Shown: piece after piece, positions 9,227 through 23,100 of the stretch
Numbering within the stretch: position 1 is the stretch's first letter
Layout of the letters: each line of letters begins with the position of its first letter
Origin: Halomicronema hongdechloris C2206
Lineage (GTDB): Bacteria > Cyanobacteriota > Cyanobacteriia > Phormidesmidales > Phormidesmidaceae
Assembly (NCBI RefSeq): GCF_002075285.3
Contig: NZ_CP021983.2
Coordinates: 2,220,001-2,252,000, forward strand
Direction of reading: 5' to 3'
Length of the DNA stretch: 32,000 bases
Program-made: the position numbers and the translations under genes
Notes under the pieces: generated by a model
Seen by the model: only the letters and a program-made list of their open reading frames with translations
Database searches by the model: none
What the model was told of the DNA's origin: nothing

Positions 9227-9826
9227 TTAATTGACTGCCTGCCGCCCCTGTTTTCCTAGGCGCACAAACACAAAATAGGCCAGATAGGCCATATAGATCA
9301 CGAGCCCTAGAATGCCGAAAAAGCCTAGGAACCCGTTGGTGTAGTTGGCATGGAAGTACTCCTTGTAGAGCAACGGCGGCTGCAGCCAGAACTGGCACTG
9401 GTCAGTGGCAAATTGACTGGGGGAGAAGGCACAGGGGATGAAAACCAGTTGGATCACAGTGCCCAGAATGCCGTATACGGTCATGGCCCAGCGCCAGGCT
9501 GTAAACCCAAGTCTTAGAGAGTTATGAGGCTGCTCGCGAATTTCTTCGTTGAGATCTGCCCAAAACCACAGCCCTACTGGTATCAGTACCTGTGCCATCA
9601 GAGACGAGATAAAGCTGATGCTGAACCCCCCGATCATGAGATAGACGGTAATGGCCAGTAGGCTGGAGACTTTCCAGTAAATCGTTAATAGCTGCTGGAT
9701 GGGCTCTGCTTTCTTGACAAATGCCCAGATCAGTAGGGTGAGAGGGATGAAGACGGAAAAGAGAAGTGCCAGCCGATAATCGGTCCAGACCAAGGCACGT
9801 AACAGAGAGGGTTGCAGTTCCAGCAT
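9227..9826 (-). CDS. Integral membrane protein, unknown function
   Basis: 199 aa with about 5-6 hydrophobic helices. Confidence 0.6.
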   Translation of the reverse strand: MLELQPSLLRALVWTDYRLALLFSVFIPLTLLIWAFVKKAEPIQQLLTIYWKVSSLLAITVYLMIGGFSISFISSLMAQVLIPVGLWFWADLNEEIREQPHNSLRLGFTAWRWAMTVYGILGTVIQLVFIPCAFSPSQFATDQCQFWLQPPLLYKEYFHANYTNGFLGFFGILGLVIYMAYLAYFVFVRLGKQGRQAVN

Positions 9827-9859
9827 GGAGTGTGAATATAGGCAGTCCGGTGATCCATT

Positions 9860-10045
9860 ATGGCAGGGGCTGGGGGCATCGGCGACTTTTCTGCCCGCTA
9901 CACGTTTACAGATCCCCAGGGTATGGAGCTAGGGGCCATTAAGCGCCGCGGTTGGCGCTCGATCTGGCGAGCCCGCTATGACATTTTTGACGGTGACGCG
10001 GTGATCTTTACTATTCAAGAGGAGAATCCCTGGGGGATGAATTGA
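9860..10045 (+). pseudogene. Probable fragment of a scramblase/LURP-one-like (tubby-C-like) protein gene
   Basis: 61 aa carrying the repeated Y.F.D..G / Y.IFDGD....I.EENPW pattern. It has neither the N- nor the C-terminal parts and is squeezed between two genes. Confidence 0.3.
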
Positions 10046-10053
10046 ATCCCTAC

Positions 10054-12843
<2,790 letters not shown>

Positions 12844-13216
12844 GTGTCAAGGAACGAAGACGGCTAATGGCTGGCGGTCCAGCGAGGTGAGTCAGGGAAT
12901 GCTCAGATAATTGTGAGCCCCGTCTGATGGCACAACCATCCGGAGGCATCAGAGATGAGTCTGATCTCTCCAACACTCCCCAGTGAAACGTATTCTGTCA
13001 GGTCCAACAAGACCCGCAAAATCCGCTTTTTTATCCTATCATTCATGGTTTGGGCCGTTGCGATCGCATCTCGATTCGGACATCCTCACTGGCATGCCTG
13101 CGCTCAGGACGTCCAGGAATCATTACCTAGGCAAATTCTCGGGATCCATCTCGCTTGAGATGGGCCTATGCTGGGGGAATATGTTATGACAATGGCACCT
13201 AATCTAGGGAGGGTTC

Positions 13217-13678
13217 TTGGCCACGATGGATTGTCGTCACATCCAGTTCCAATATATTGATCAGCTTGATGATGCTGCCCTGGGGCAGCTGCAGACCTTG
13301 TTTCAAGCCGCCGCATTTTGGGCTCAGGATCGACGACGCGACGATCTGGCCGTTGCCATTACCCATAGCCACCCGGTGGTCATTGCCTGGGATGGGGCCC
13401 AGTTGATCGGCTTTGCCCGAGCCACTTCCGATGGGGTCTATCGAGCAACGCTCTGGGATGTGGTTATCCACCCCGATTACCAGGGCGGTGGCCTGGGCCG
13501 CAAATTGGTGGAGACGGTTTTGGGCCATCCCCACATGAGCCGGGTGGAGCGGGTCTACTTGATGACCACCCACCAGCAGGGGTTTTACCAACGCATCGGC
13601 TTCGCCGAAAATTCCAGCACTACCCTGGTCCTCCACAACCAGCCCTTTAGAGCTAACCCCATCTCTAGTCACGGCTGA
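13217..13678 (+). CDS. GNAT-family N-acetyltransferase
   Basis: The acetyl-CoA binding motif V.HPDYQGGGLGRKLVE and the ending FYQRIGF. Confidence 0.85.
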   Translation: MATMDCRHIQFQYIDQLDDAALGQLQTLFQAAAFWAQDRRRDDLAVAITHSHPVVIAWDGAQLIGFARATSDGVYRATLWDVVIHPDYQGGGLGRKLVETVLGHPHMSRVERVYLMTTHQQGFYQRIGFAENSSTTLVLHNQPFRANPISSHG

Positions 13679-13981
13679 GTGCTCAACGGCGGGATAAGCA
13701 TAGCCCTGTGCGTTACCCGATGGCGATGTGCTGTAGATCTCAAAACGAGATGACTCCGTCGCACTCTGGAGCCCATCGGTCAGGGTACAAAGATGGACCG
13801 CTCTAGGTTTGAGTGAGACCCGATCAATTTATTGCCAGGCTGAGGGAAATCAGCTGGGCGCCTGCTGGCCCCAGCGTGGGAGCGGATCTTGATTGTGGAA
13901 CTTTTTTGAAGTCTCTATAAAAAGCCTTGAGGGACTCTTTCACGTTGCCGGAATCGCGATAAACCGGAGAGAAGTGTGTTC

Positions 13982-13999
13982 GGGAGCATCTATGCTCCC
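13982..13999. promoter_or_regulatory. Near-perfect palindrome GGGAGCAT-CT-ATGCTCCC upstream of the WYL regulator/cas operon; candidate operator
   Basis: 8-bp inverted arms separated by 2 nt, about 140 nt upstream of the WYL start codon. A second inverted repeat, AACCCGG(11 nt)CCGGGTT, lies at 14072-14096. Confidence 0.3.
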
Positions 14000-14136
14000 A
14001 GGGGGTTGCCCAGGACAGCAGTCTAGAGGCCGGGCTGCCCCCCAGAAATCATTAATTTTTTAACGGTCACTAACCCGGAAGCTTTTTTGCCGGGTTGGTT
14101 GCTTAGGATAGTCGCCAAGTCAGCTGAGGAGTTTCC

Positions 14137-15126
14137 ATGTCGCGCCTGCAGCTAGAGCGGTTACTCAAAATTGATGCCCTGATCCGTCGTCCTCAGAGGC
14201 AGACGGCGCTGACGCTGGCAGCAGAACTGGAAGTGAGTGAGCGCACCATTCGCGATGACTTAGCCTTTCTGCGAGATCGCTTTCACGCTCCCCTAAAGTT
14301 CACTCGCAATCAGGGGCATCACTACACCGATGCCGAGTGGCGGCTGCCGACGGTGCCGTTGACCAAGGGCGAACTGTTTGCCCTCACCCTGGGGGCCAGG
14401 ATGCTGGAGGCCTATGCCGGGTCGACCTATGCGGTGGAGTTGCGATCGGCGGTGAATCGATTGGCGGAGCGCTTACCGGAGCAGGAGTGGCTGGATCTGC
14501 AACAGCTGGCCGATGATCGGTTGATCTTTCGTTCTGGGGCGGAGAGCAACCTCGACCTGGAGATCTGGCAGCAGCTGGAGGATGCTTGCCGGGACTCGCG
14601 GCAGGTATGGATGCGCTATTACACCGCCAGTCGGGATGATGTCTCGGAGCGGCAGCTGGATCCCTATCTGTTGCATATCTATCGGGGCACTAATCCCTAT
14701 GTGATTGGCTGGTGCCATCGTCGCCAGGGGATCCGCTGGTTTCGGGTGGATCGGATTCAGGCGCTGCGGTTACTGGAATCTCACTTTGAGCGGCGGCCTG
14801 ATTTCAATGCCCGGGAACATCTGGAGTCGATTTTTCAGCATGAGGTGGGGGGCACACCAGTGACGGTGCGGATTTGGTTTGCTGCCCAGGTGGCGCCCTA
14901 TGTGCGGGAGCGGCGCTGGCATCGCAGCCAGGTGTTGCAGGAGCATCCGGATGGGGCGGTGACGCTGCAGATGACGGTAGGAGGGCTGAATGATGTGAAG
15001 CGGTGGGTGTTGGGCTATGGGCAGGGGGCCAGGGTGCTGGCCCCGCCGGAGTTGGTGATGATGGTGGTGAAGGAAGTGGAACGGATGAACTATAATTACT
15101 CAAATTCTTTTGGAGGTGAGAGCTGA
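14137..15126 (+). CDS. WYL-domain transcriptional regulator (N-terminal wHTH, WYL, C-terminal WCX-like); CRISPR-associated by position
   Basis: HTH region LAAELEVSERTIRDDLAFLR. WYL-domain core R.LDPY.L.......YVIGWCH.R...R.FRVDRI. The stop overlaps the cas6 start (TGATG). Confidence 0.85.
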   Translation: MSRLQLERLLKIDALIRRPQRQTALTLAAELEVSERTIRDDLAFLRDRFHAPLKFTRNQGHHYTDAEWRLPTVPLTKGELFALTLGARMLEAYAGSTYAVELRSAVNRLAERLPEQEWLDLQQLADDRLIFRSGAESNLDLEIWQQLEDACRDSRQVWMRYYTASRDDVSERQLDPYLLHIYRGTNPYVIGWCHRRQGIRWFRVDRIQALRLLESHFERRPDFNAREHLESIFQHEVGGTPVTVRIWFAAQVAPYVRERRWHRSQVLQEHPDGAVTLQMTVGGLNDVKRWVLGYGQGARVLAPPELVMMVVKEVERMNYNYSNSFGGES

Positions 15127-15800
15127 TGCTAGCGAGCGACCGGCAGAAGACGACAAGTGAATTGATGGCAAAACCATTTGTGGAGTTGAGTTTTGGGGTG
15201 CTTGGAGAAACATTGCCTGCGGATCATGGATATGGGTTATATAGCGCGATCGCGCATCTCTGCCCTGACATCCACGAACAAGAAGGATTGAGCATTCTTA
15301 CCATTCCAGGCGAACCGGATCGCCAGGGAAAAATTCACCTTAGCCAGTCTTCTCATCTCAAAATTCGCTTACCTTACGAGCCCGCAAGGTTGGCTTTGGT
15401 GCTGCCATTAGCAGGGCAAACGCTGACCATTGGTAAGCATTCAATCCAGCTCACAATTCCTCAGATCCATCCTTTAAGACCTGTCGATAAGCTGCGATCA
15501 CGCATCGTCACCATCAAAAAGTTTCAAGATCCTGAGCCTTTCAAAGAAGCAGCCCAGCGCCAGTTAGATGCTTTGGGCATTCAAGGAAATCTAATTTTGC
15601 CGTTGAATGAGGAAGGAGAACCCAGTCGTAAGGCCATCAAGATCAAAACCTATTTTGTAGTTGGCTTCAGCTTGATCGTGACTGACCTCAACGAAGAAGA
15701 CTCGCTCAAGCTGCAACAACATGGACTAGGCGGCAAGCACCGCATGGGTTGTGGAATTTTTACACCCTTCCCTCGTGCCTGGAGGTTCTATGATTCCTGA
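15126..15800 (+). CDS. cas6: Cas6-family crRNA endoribonuclease (Cmx6-like, type I-MYXAN-type)
   Basis: About 220 aa. Glycine-rich C-terminal loop GLGGKHRMGCGIF typical of Cas6/RAMP proteins. It is the first gene of the cas operon. An alternative start lies at 15165. Confidence 0.75.
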   Translation: MLASDRQKTTSELMAKPFVELSFGVLGETLPADHGYGLYSAIAHLCPDIHEQEGLSILTIPGEPDRQGKIHLSQSSHLKIRLPYEPARLALVLPLAGQTLTIGKHSIQLTIPQIHPLRPVDKLRSRIVTIKKFQDPEPFKEAAQRQLDALGIQGNLILPLNEEGEPSRKAIKIKTYFVVGFSLIVTDLNEEDSLKLQQHGLGGKHRMGCGIFTPFPRAWRFYDS

Positions 15801-18198
15801 ACTTCCTGATCAACTACTAGCCAAAAGTCCAAGACCTGGCAGAAAGCCTGTCACTCTGGAAGAACACCTGCAAGATACTGCTGTCTGTGCCGCCCAAATC
15901 TTTCGCTTGAATGGACGGTGGGGACAAAACTGGTGCCGTTTCTTTCAAATCTCGACAGCCGAAGAGCAGTTTCTTCTGAATCTTCAAGTGGCAGCGCTGT
16001 TCCATGATTTGGGCAAAGCAAATGAAGACTTTTATGCTGCTGTCTCTCAGCCAGGATTTACGCAGCAAACGATCCGCCATGAACATCTCAGTGCATTAAT
16101 GCTGTGCTTGCCAGAGGTGCGTAACTGGCTGTCACAGGATTCCAGATTAGATGCGAACATTATTACAGCAGCAGTTTTGTCCCATCACCTCAAAGCCTTT
16201 GATGATTCAACATCTGTCAAAGACAAGGAAAGAAGTGAACGAATTAAGAACTACCGTTGGGGGCACGTTCAAACTCTCAAACAGTCGGTTGTGCTATATC
16301 TTCAGCATGAAGAGGTTACAGCAACTCTGCAACGAATTGTAGACTTAACTGATCTACAAGAAATTCCCAGTCTCCCCAAAACAGCCTGGAGACCGGCATC
16401 AGAGTGGGAGCAGGCTTGGAGAAAAGGGAAAAAACAATTCGCTCCTTCTTTTAAGCGGGATTTACGAAAAAATACTCAGCGGCGATCGCTCTTAATAGCT
16501 GTCAAAGCTGGCTTAATTTTGTCGGATGCTGCTGCCTCTGGTCTAGTGCGCGAGGGGTATGACATTTCTGACTGGATTGAGGCGATTGTCCATTCCGAGG
16601 CGATCGCTGCTAACGAAATCTCTGAGAAGATTCTGCTCCCTTGGATTCAGCAAATTGAGCAACGTACTAAGAAACCGTTTAAGTTCCACGCTTTTCAGGA
16701 ACAAGCGGCTGAGCAGGGAAAGAAAGCCTTGCTGCTAGTGGCTTGTGGGGGTGGCAAAACCCTGGCGGCTTGGAAATGGGCAGAGCAGCAGACCCAAAAA
16801 TACAACATCGGTAAAGTAATTTTTCTGTATCCCACTAGGGGAACTGCTACTGAGGGATTTCGGGATTATGTGGGCTGGGCACCGGAAGCGGATGCTGCAT
16901 TAGTGACAGGTACCGCTAAATATGAACTGGAAGCAATGGCGGAGAATCCCAGTGAGTCCATCGCCGACAAAGTCTTCCGCACCGAAGCCGATGAGCGGCT
17001 TTATGCTTTGAGCTTTTGGTCAAAGCGGTTCTTTAGCGCCACCGTTGACCAGTTTCTCAGCTTTATGGAGCACAGCTATCAGAGCTTATGTTTGCTGCCT
17101 GTTCTAGCCGATAGCGCGGTCATTATCGACGAAGTACACAGCTTTGACCGCTCTATGTTCGATATCTTGATCAGCTTTTTGAATACGTTCCATATTCCAG
17201 TGCTCTGTATGACCGCGACCTTGCCCCAATCTAGGCGAGATGAGCTGGTCAAAGCAGGATTGAAGGTTTTTCCGACAGCCACTGATCGCGCCAGTGAGGC
17301 ACTAGCAGATTTGAAGGAACTCGAACAGGCTGATCGCTATTGGTTAGAGCCTGTGGCTGATTTCAGTGTGGCCTTTGACAAAGCGGTAACTGCTTACCAA
17401 GCAGGGCTGCGGGTTTTGTGGGTCGTGAATACCGTTGATCGCTGCCTAGCGATCGCTCAAAAACTGGAAGCAGTCTTGGACGGGGGTGTGCTGACCTATC
17501 ACAGCCGCTTTCGTCTACGCGATCGCCAGAAAGTTCATGCAAACACAGTAAAAGCCTTCTCATTCTCTGAGGGAGATGTGCCTAAACGGGCAATCGCGGT
17601 CACAACCCAGGTTTGCGAAATGAGCTTGGATCTGGATGCCGATGTTTTGATTACCGAAATTGCCCCGGTGTCTTCTCTAGTGCAGCGCTTTGGGCGTGCC
17701 AATCGACATCTAAAACGCTCTTTTGCAACTCTGCATCCCTACATGCCACCGGCCAATCTGCCGTATCAAAGGAATGACCTGGAAACCGCAAATGCGTTTC
17801 TGGAAAGCTTTGAGACTGAGCTAGTCAGTCAACTGCAACTGGCAACGGCCCTAGAAATCTATGCCCGACCTGAGCGGGATGCCGATGGGAGTAGTTCATT
17901 CCTGAACAGTGGCTACTACGCCGTGCCCGGTTCCTTTCGAGATACGGATGAGTTCGCAATTCCCTGCATTCTGGATTCTGACTTGGATGCCATTGAGTCA
18001 TTGGTCAAAGATCGCCAACCCTACGACGGGTTCATTGTGAATGTCCCGCATAAATGGGCAAAAGCCTGGTTAGAAGATGGCAATCCGCGACCTGAGTGGT
18101 TGCCGAAGTACCTGAACGTGGTGAGCGGTGCCGCAGACCGATACCAAGTAAATCGAGGATTTATCACCAAATCACCAGAGGAGGTGGAACTTGGATAA
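15790..18198 (+). CDS. cas3: Cas3 nuclease-helicase (N-terminal HD domain fused to an SF2 helicase)
   Basis: HD motifs FHDLGKA, RHEHLS, LSHHLK. Helicase motif I ACGGGKTLAA, motif II IIDEVHSF, motif III MTATLP, motif VI QRFGRANR. ATG 15790 is preceded by GGAGG and overlaps the cas6 end. Confidence 0.95.
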   Translation: MIPELPDQLLAKSPRPGRKPVTLEEHLQDTAVCAAQIFRLNGRWGQNWCRFFQISTAEEQFLLNLQVAALFHDLGKANEDFYAAVSQPGFTQQTIRHEHLSALMLCLPEVRNWLSQDSRLDANIITAAVLSHHLKAFDDSTSVKDKERSERIKNYRWGHVQTLKQSVVLYLQHEEVTATLQRIVDLTDLQEIPSLPKTAWRPASEWEQAWRKGKKQFAPSFKRDLRKNTQRRSLLIAVKAGLILSDAAASGLVREGYDISDWIEAIVHSEAIAANEISEKILLPWIQQIEQRTKKPFKFHAFQEQAAEQGKKALLLVACGGGKTLAAWKWAEQQTQKYNIGKVIFLYPTRGTATEGFRDYVGWAPEADAALVTGTAKYELEAMAENPSESIADKVFRTEADERLYALSFWSKRFFSATVDQFLSFMEHSYQSLCLLPVLADSAVIIDEVHSFDRSMFDILISFLNTFHIPVLCMTATLPQSRRDELVKAGLKVFPTATDRASEALADLKELEQADRYWLEPVADFSVAFDKAVTAYQAGLRVLWVVNTVDRCLAIAQKLEAVLDGGVLTYHSRFRLRDRQKVHANTVKAFSFSEGDVPKRAIAVTTQVCEMSLDLDADVLITEIAPVSSLVQRFGRANRHLKRSFATLHPYMPPANLPYQRNDLETANAFLESFETELVSQLQLATALEIYARPERDADGSSSFLNSGYYAVPGSFRDTDEFAIPCILDSDLDAIESLVKDRQPYDGFIVNVPHKWAKAWLEDGNPRPEWLPKYLNVVSGAADRYQVNRGFITKSPEEVELG

Positions 18199-18202
18199 CG
18201 TC

Positions 18203-20876
<2,674 letters not shown>

Positions 20877-20905
20877 TTTATAAAAACTTTCTTTGAGGTT
20901 ACATC

Positions 20906-21784
20906 ATGCATAAAAATCTTTTCGCTACTGTTCTAACGTATCCGGCTCCCAGTTCAAACTACCGGGGAGAAAGTGAAGAAAACCGCACCGTACTACAAAA
21001 AATCGCTAAAGGACGACAAGAATACACGGTCATCAGTCCAGAATCCATGCGGAATGCTCTGCGGGAGATGCTGCAAAAGACTGGCATACCTTGTAATCGA
21101 TCTCGGCTACAGGACGAAGACCAACTCGCTGTAGAGTTTAAAGAATTTCCCAATGCAGAAAAATATGCTGATGACTTTCTATTTGGTTTTTTAGTCGCTG
21201 ACAAAGAGGCGATCAAAAAGAACAAGGGGCTACCAGCTAAGCGTGATAGCGTGCTTCGGATGAATATGGCAGTTGCTCTAACGCCTTACCGGTTTGATGC
21301 AACTTTCCATCAATCTCCACTCAATGCAGGTAATAGTCCCTGGAAAAATTCATCTACGTCTGCTCTCTTACATCGCGAAGTCGCTCATACGGCCTACCAG
21401 TATCCCTTTGCATTGGCCTATTCAGATTGTAAAGCCAAGCCGGAATGGACAAAGGCACTATTGCAAGCGATTTCCCAGCTCTCTGATGTAGCTGGAGGTC
21501 ATGCCCGCAGCTACTACGAAATGGCTCCTAAGAGCATCGTGGCTCGTTTGACCCCTAGTCTGATTGCCGGATTCGATACCTACGGATTTGATGAGCAAGG
21601 CAAGTTTTCAGAGCTTGCCCGCATCCATGACAATGACCTACCTGCGGATGAGTTTTGGATTGGTGGAGAACTTTCTCGAAATATGGATGAAACCCGCAAG
21701 GAGGAATTAGCTCAGGTCGGAGTCAAGTTTTACGACAACCCGCAAACACTGCTTGCCGACCTAGCTGAAGAGTTTTTGAAATAG
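20906..21784 (+). CDS. cas7: Cas7 backbone subunit (RAMP)
   Basis: N-terminal pattern VLTYPAPSSNYRGESE ... VISPESMRNALRE parallels the Cas7 LNRDD ... ISSQSLKRA.R motif. GAGG lies before the ATG. Gene order is cas8-cas7-cas5. Confidence 0.85.
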   Translation: MHKNLFATVLTYPAPSSNYRGESEENRTVLQKIAKGRQEYTVISPESMRNALREMLQKTGIPCNRSRLQDEDQLAVEFKEFPNAEKYADDFLFGFLVADKEAIKKNKGLPAKRDSVLRMNMAVALTPYRFDATFHQSPLNAGNSPWKNSSTSALLHREVAHTAYQYPFALAYSDCKAKPEWTKALLQAISQLSDVAGGHARSYYEMAPKSIVARLTPSLIAGFDTYGFDEQGKFSELARIHDNDLPADEFWIGGELSRNMDETRKEELAQVGVKFYDNPQTLLADLAEEFLK

Positions 21785-21796
21785 GAGGCCACCTAT

Positions 21797-22537
21797 ATGG
21801 ATAATCTTTGGCTACGGATTCGAGCCCCTTTTGCGGCATTCCGAGGCTTTCAAGCTGGAGTTTACCGAGCAACGGCTCCTGTTATGCCACCCTCAGCAGC
21901 TTTTGGTCTAGTACTGAATCTGGCCGGAATTGAGATGCGGGATAGCAAGCAGGAACCAACGACTTTAATTCGACAGGATCTACCGTGTTTGCGTTTAGCG
22001 ATCGGAGTTCCTAACAAACAATTACCTAATGGTGAAGCAGTTCCTGAAACCGAGAGTGAAGTCTGTTCTCTGTACCAACAATTGCACAGCTATCCTGTCG
22101 GCAGTTCAGGCAAAGAACTCAGGAAGCGAACGCATGGTGCTAAGTATTGGATTGTGCCAGTGCGTCGAGAATTTCTAGTCGGCTTTGACATCATGCTGGG
22201 GATTCAGACGCAAGCATCCGATCTTCTGGAGAAGGTCATTCAAGGGTTACGGGGTGACTTCAATGAATCTCGTTACGGTCTTCCATTTGCCGGAGATAAC
22301 AACTTTCTGTTTGACCGTATTGATGTTGTCGATTCTCCCCCTCCTACACTTTGGTATGTTCAGATGCAACCGGATGATCCACCTTTGCGGGGGTCGTACC
22401 GACTGACGGTTGGGATTGATCGCGCTGACAACAGTAAAACGACTAGCCATCTCTATGCTCCGCTAGAGGAGGCAATCACTGAACCACCTGAACTAGCATG
22501 GACATGGACACCTAAAGAGCCAGTACGAGCCGCATAA
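21797..22537 (+). CDS. cas5: Cas5 subunit (RAMP; DevS/Cmx5-like)
   Basis: The N-terminus LWLRIRAPFAAFRGFQAGVYRATAPVMPPSAAFGLVLNLAGIE is the canonical Cas5 N-terminal motif. AGGAGG precedes the ATG. Confidence 0.85.
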   Translation: MDNLWLRIRAPFAAFRGFQAGVYRATAPVMPPSAAFGLVLNLAGIEMRDSKQEPTTLIRQDLPCLRLAIGVPNKQLPNGEAVPETESEVCSLYQQLHSYPVGSSGKELRKRTHGAKYWIVPVRREFLVGFDIMLGIQTQASDLLEKVIQGLRGDFNESRYGLPFAGDNNFLFDRIDVVDSPPPTLWYVQMQPDDPPLRGSYRLTVGIDRADNSKTTSHLYAPLEEAITEPPELAWTWTPKEPVRAA

Positions 22538-22789
<252 letters not shown>

Positions 22790-22895
22790 ACCATTAGCTG
22801 AGAAGAAAGCCAGGAAAACGAGGCGATCTTCTAAGAAAAGCTGACTAACAGTCATTCGAGTTTGAACCTTGAAAACTGAATACTATGTCAATTCG

Positions 22896-22932
22896 CATAG
22901 AAACCACCGATGCCGTTAGGCGTTTTTCTTTT
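22896..22932 (+). repeat. Solitary degenerate CRISPR repeat (psiR3) with its hairpin followed by a T-tract; candidate terminator or Cas6 site between the interference and adaptation modules
   Basis: CATAGAAACCACCGATGCCGTTAGGCGTTTTTCTT matches the consensus at 22/35 (20/24 in the core). The stem arms are kept and the loop is GTTA. The 3' handle is replaced by TTTTTCTTTT. It shares its deviations from consensus with psiR2. Confidence 0.6.
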
Positions 22933-23100
22933 CCTAATACATGTGAATTGGCGATCGGATGATCTTTAGAGATCCTACCGAGATGGCAACATCTTGGAGT
23001 CAAAAAATAGCGATTATTACGGAATCATCTACCCTGTAATAAAATTGCCGACTTCTGTAGTCATAGTTGGAGTATCCACACGCAGTTGGGAGATCCAATC

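Noticed and set aside
13199-13672. 157-aa ORF antisense to the GNAT acetyltransferase gene
   Set aside because: The sense frame carries a clear GNAT motif. The antisense frame has no recognisable features.
13678-13705. Reverse-orientation fragment GTGCTCAACGGC, the complement of the repeat 3' end GCCGTTGAGCAC (11/12 match), at the left border of the CRISPR-cas locus
   Set aside because: Only the terminal ~12 nt match and no hairpin is conserved. A hit of this size somewhere in 64 kb of two-strand sequence is not clearly beyond chance. It could be a scar of an old array boundary, but I cannot support that.
14804-15103. Pro/Ser/Ala-rich 99-aa ORF antisense to the WYL regulator gene
   Set aside because: It lies within a well-supported coding region. 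Its low-complexity composition is typical of the antisense frame of G+C-rich genes.
22859-22876. Possible upstream partner repeat for psiR3 (GTTTGAACC / CTTGAAAAC resembling the TTGAGCAC handle)
   Set aside because: No hairpin arms are conserved, and the implied pseudo-spacer would be only about 19-24 nt. The ungapped match of that segment to the downstream copy at 22936-22952 is only 5 nt. I therefore treat psiR3 as solitary.
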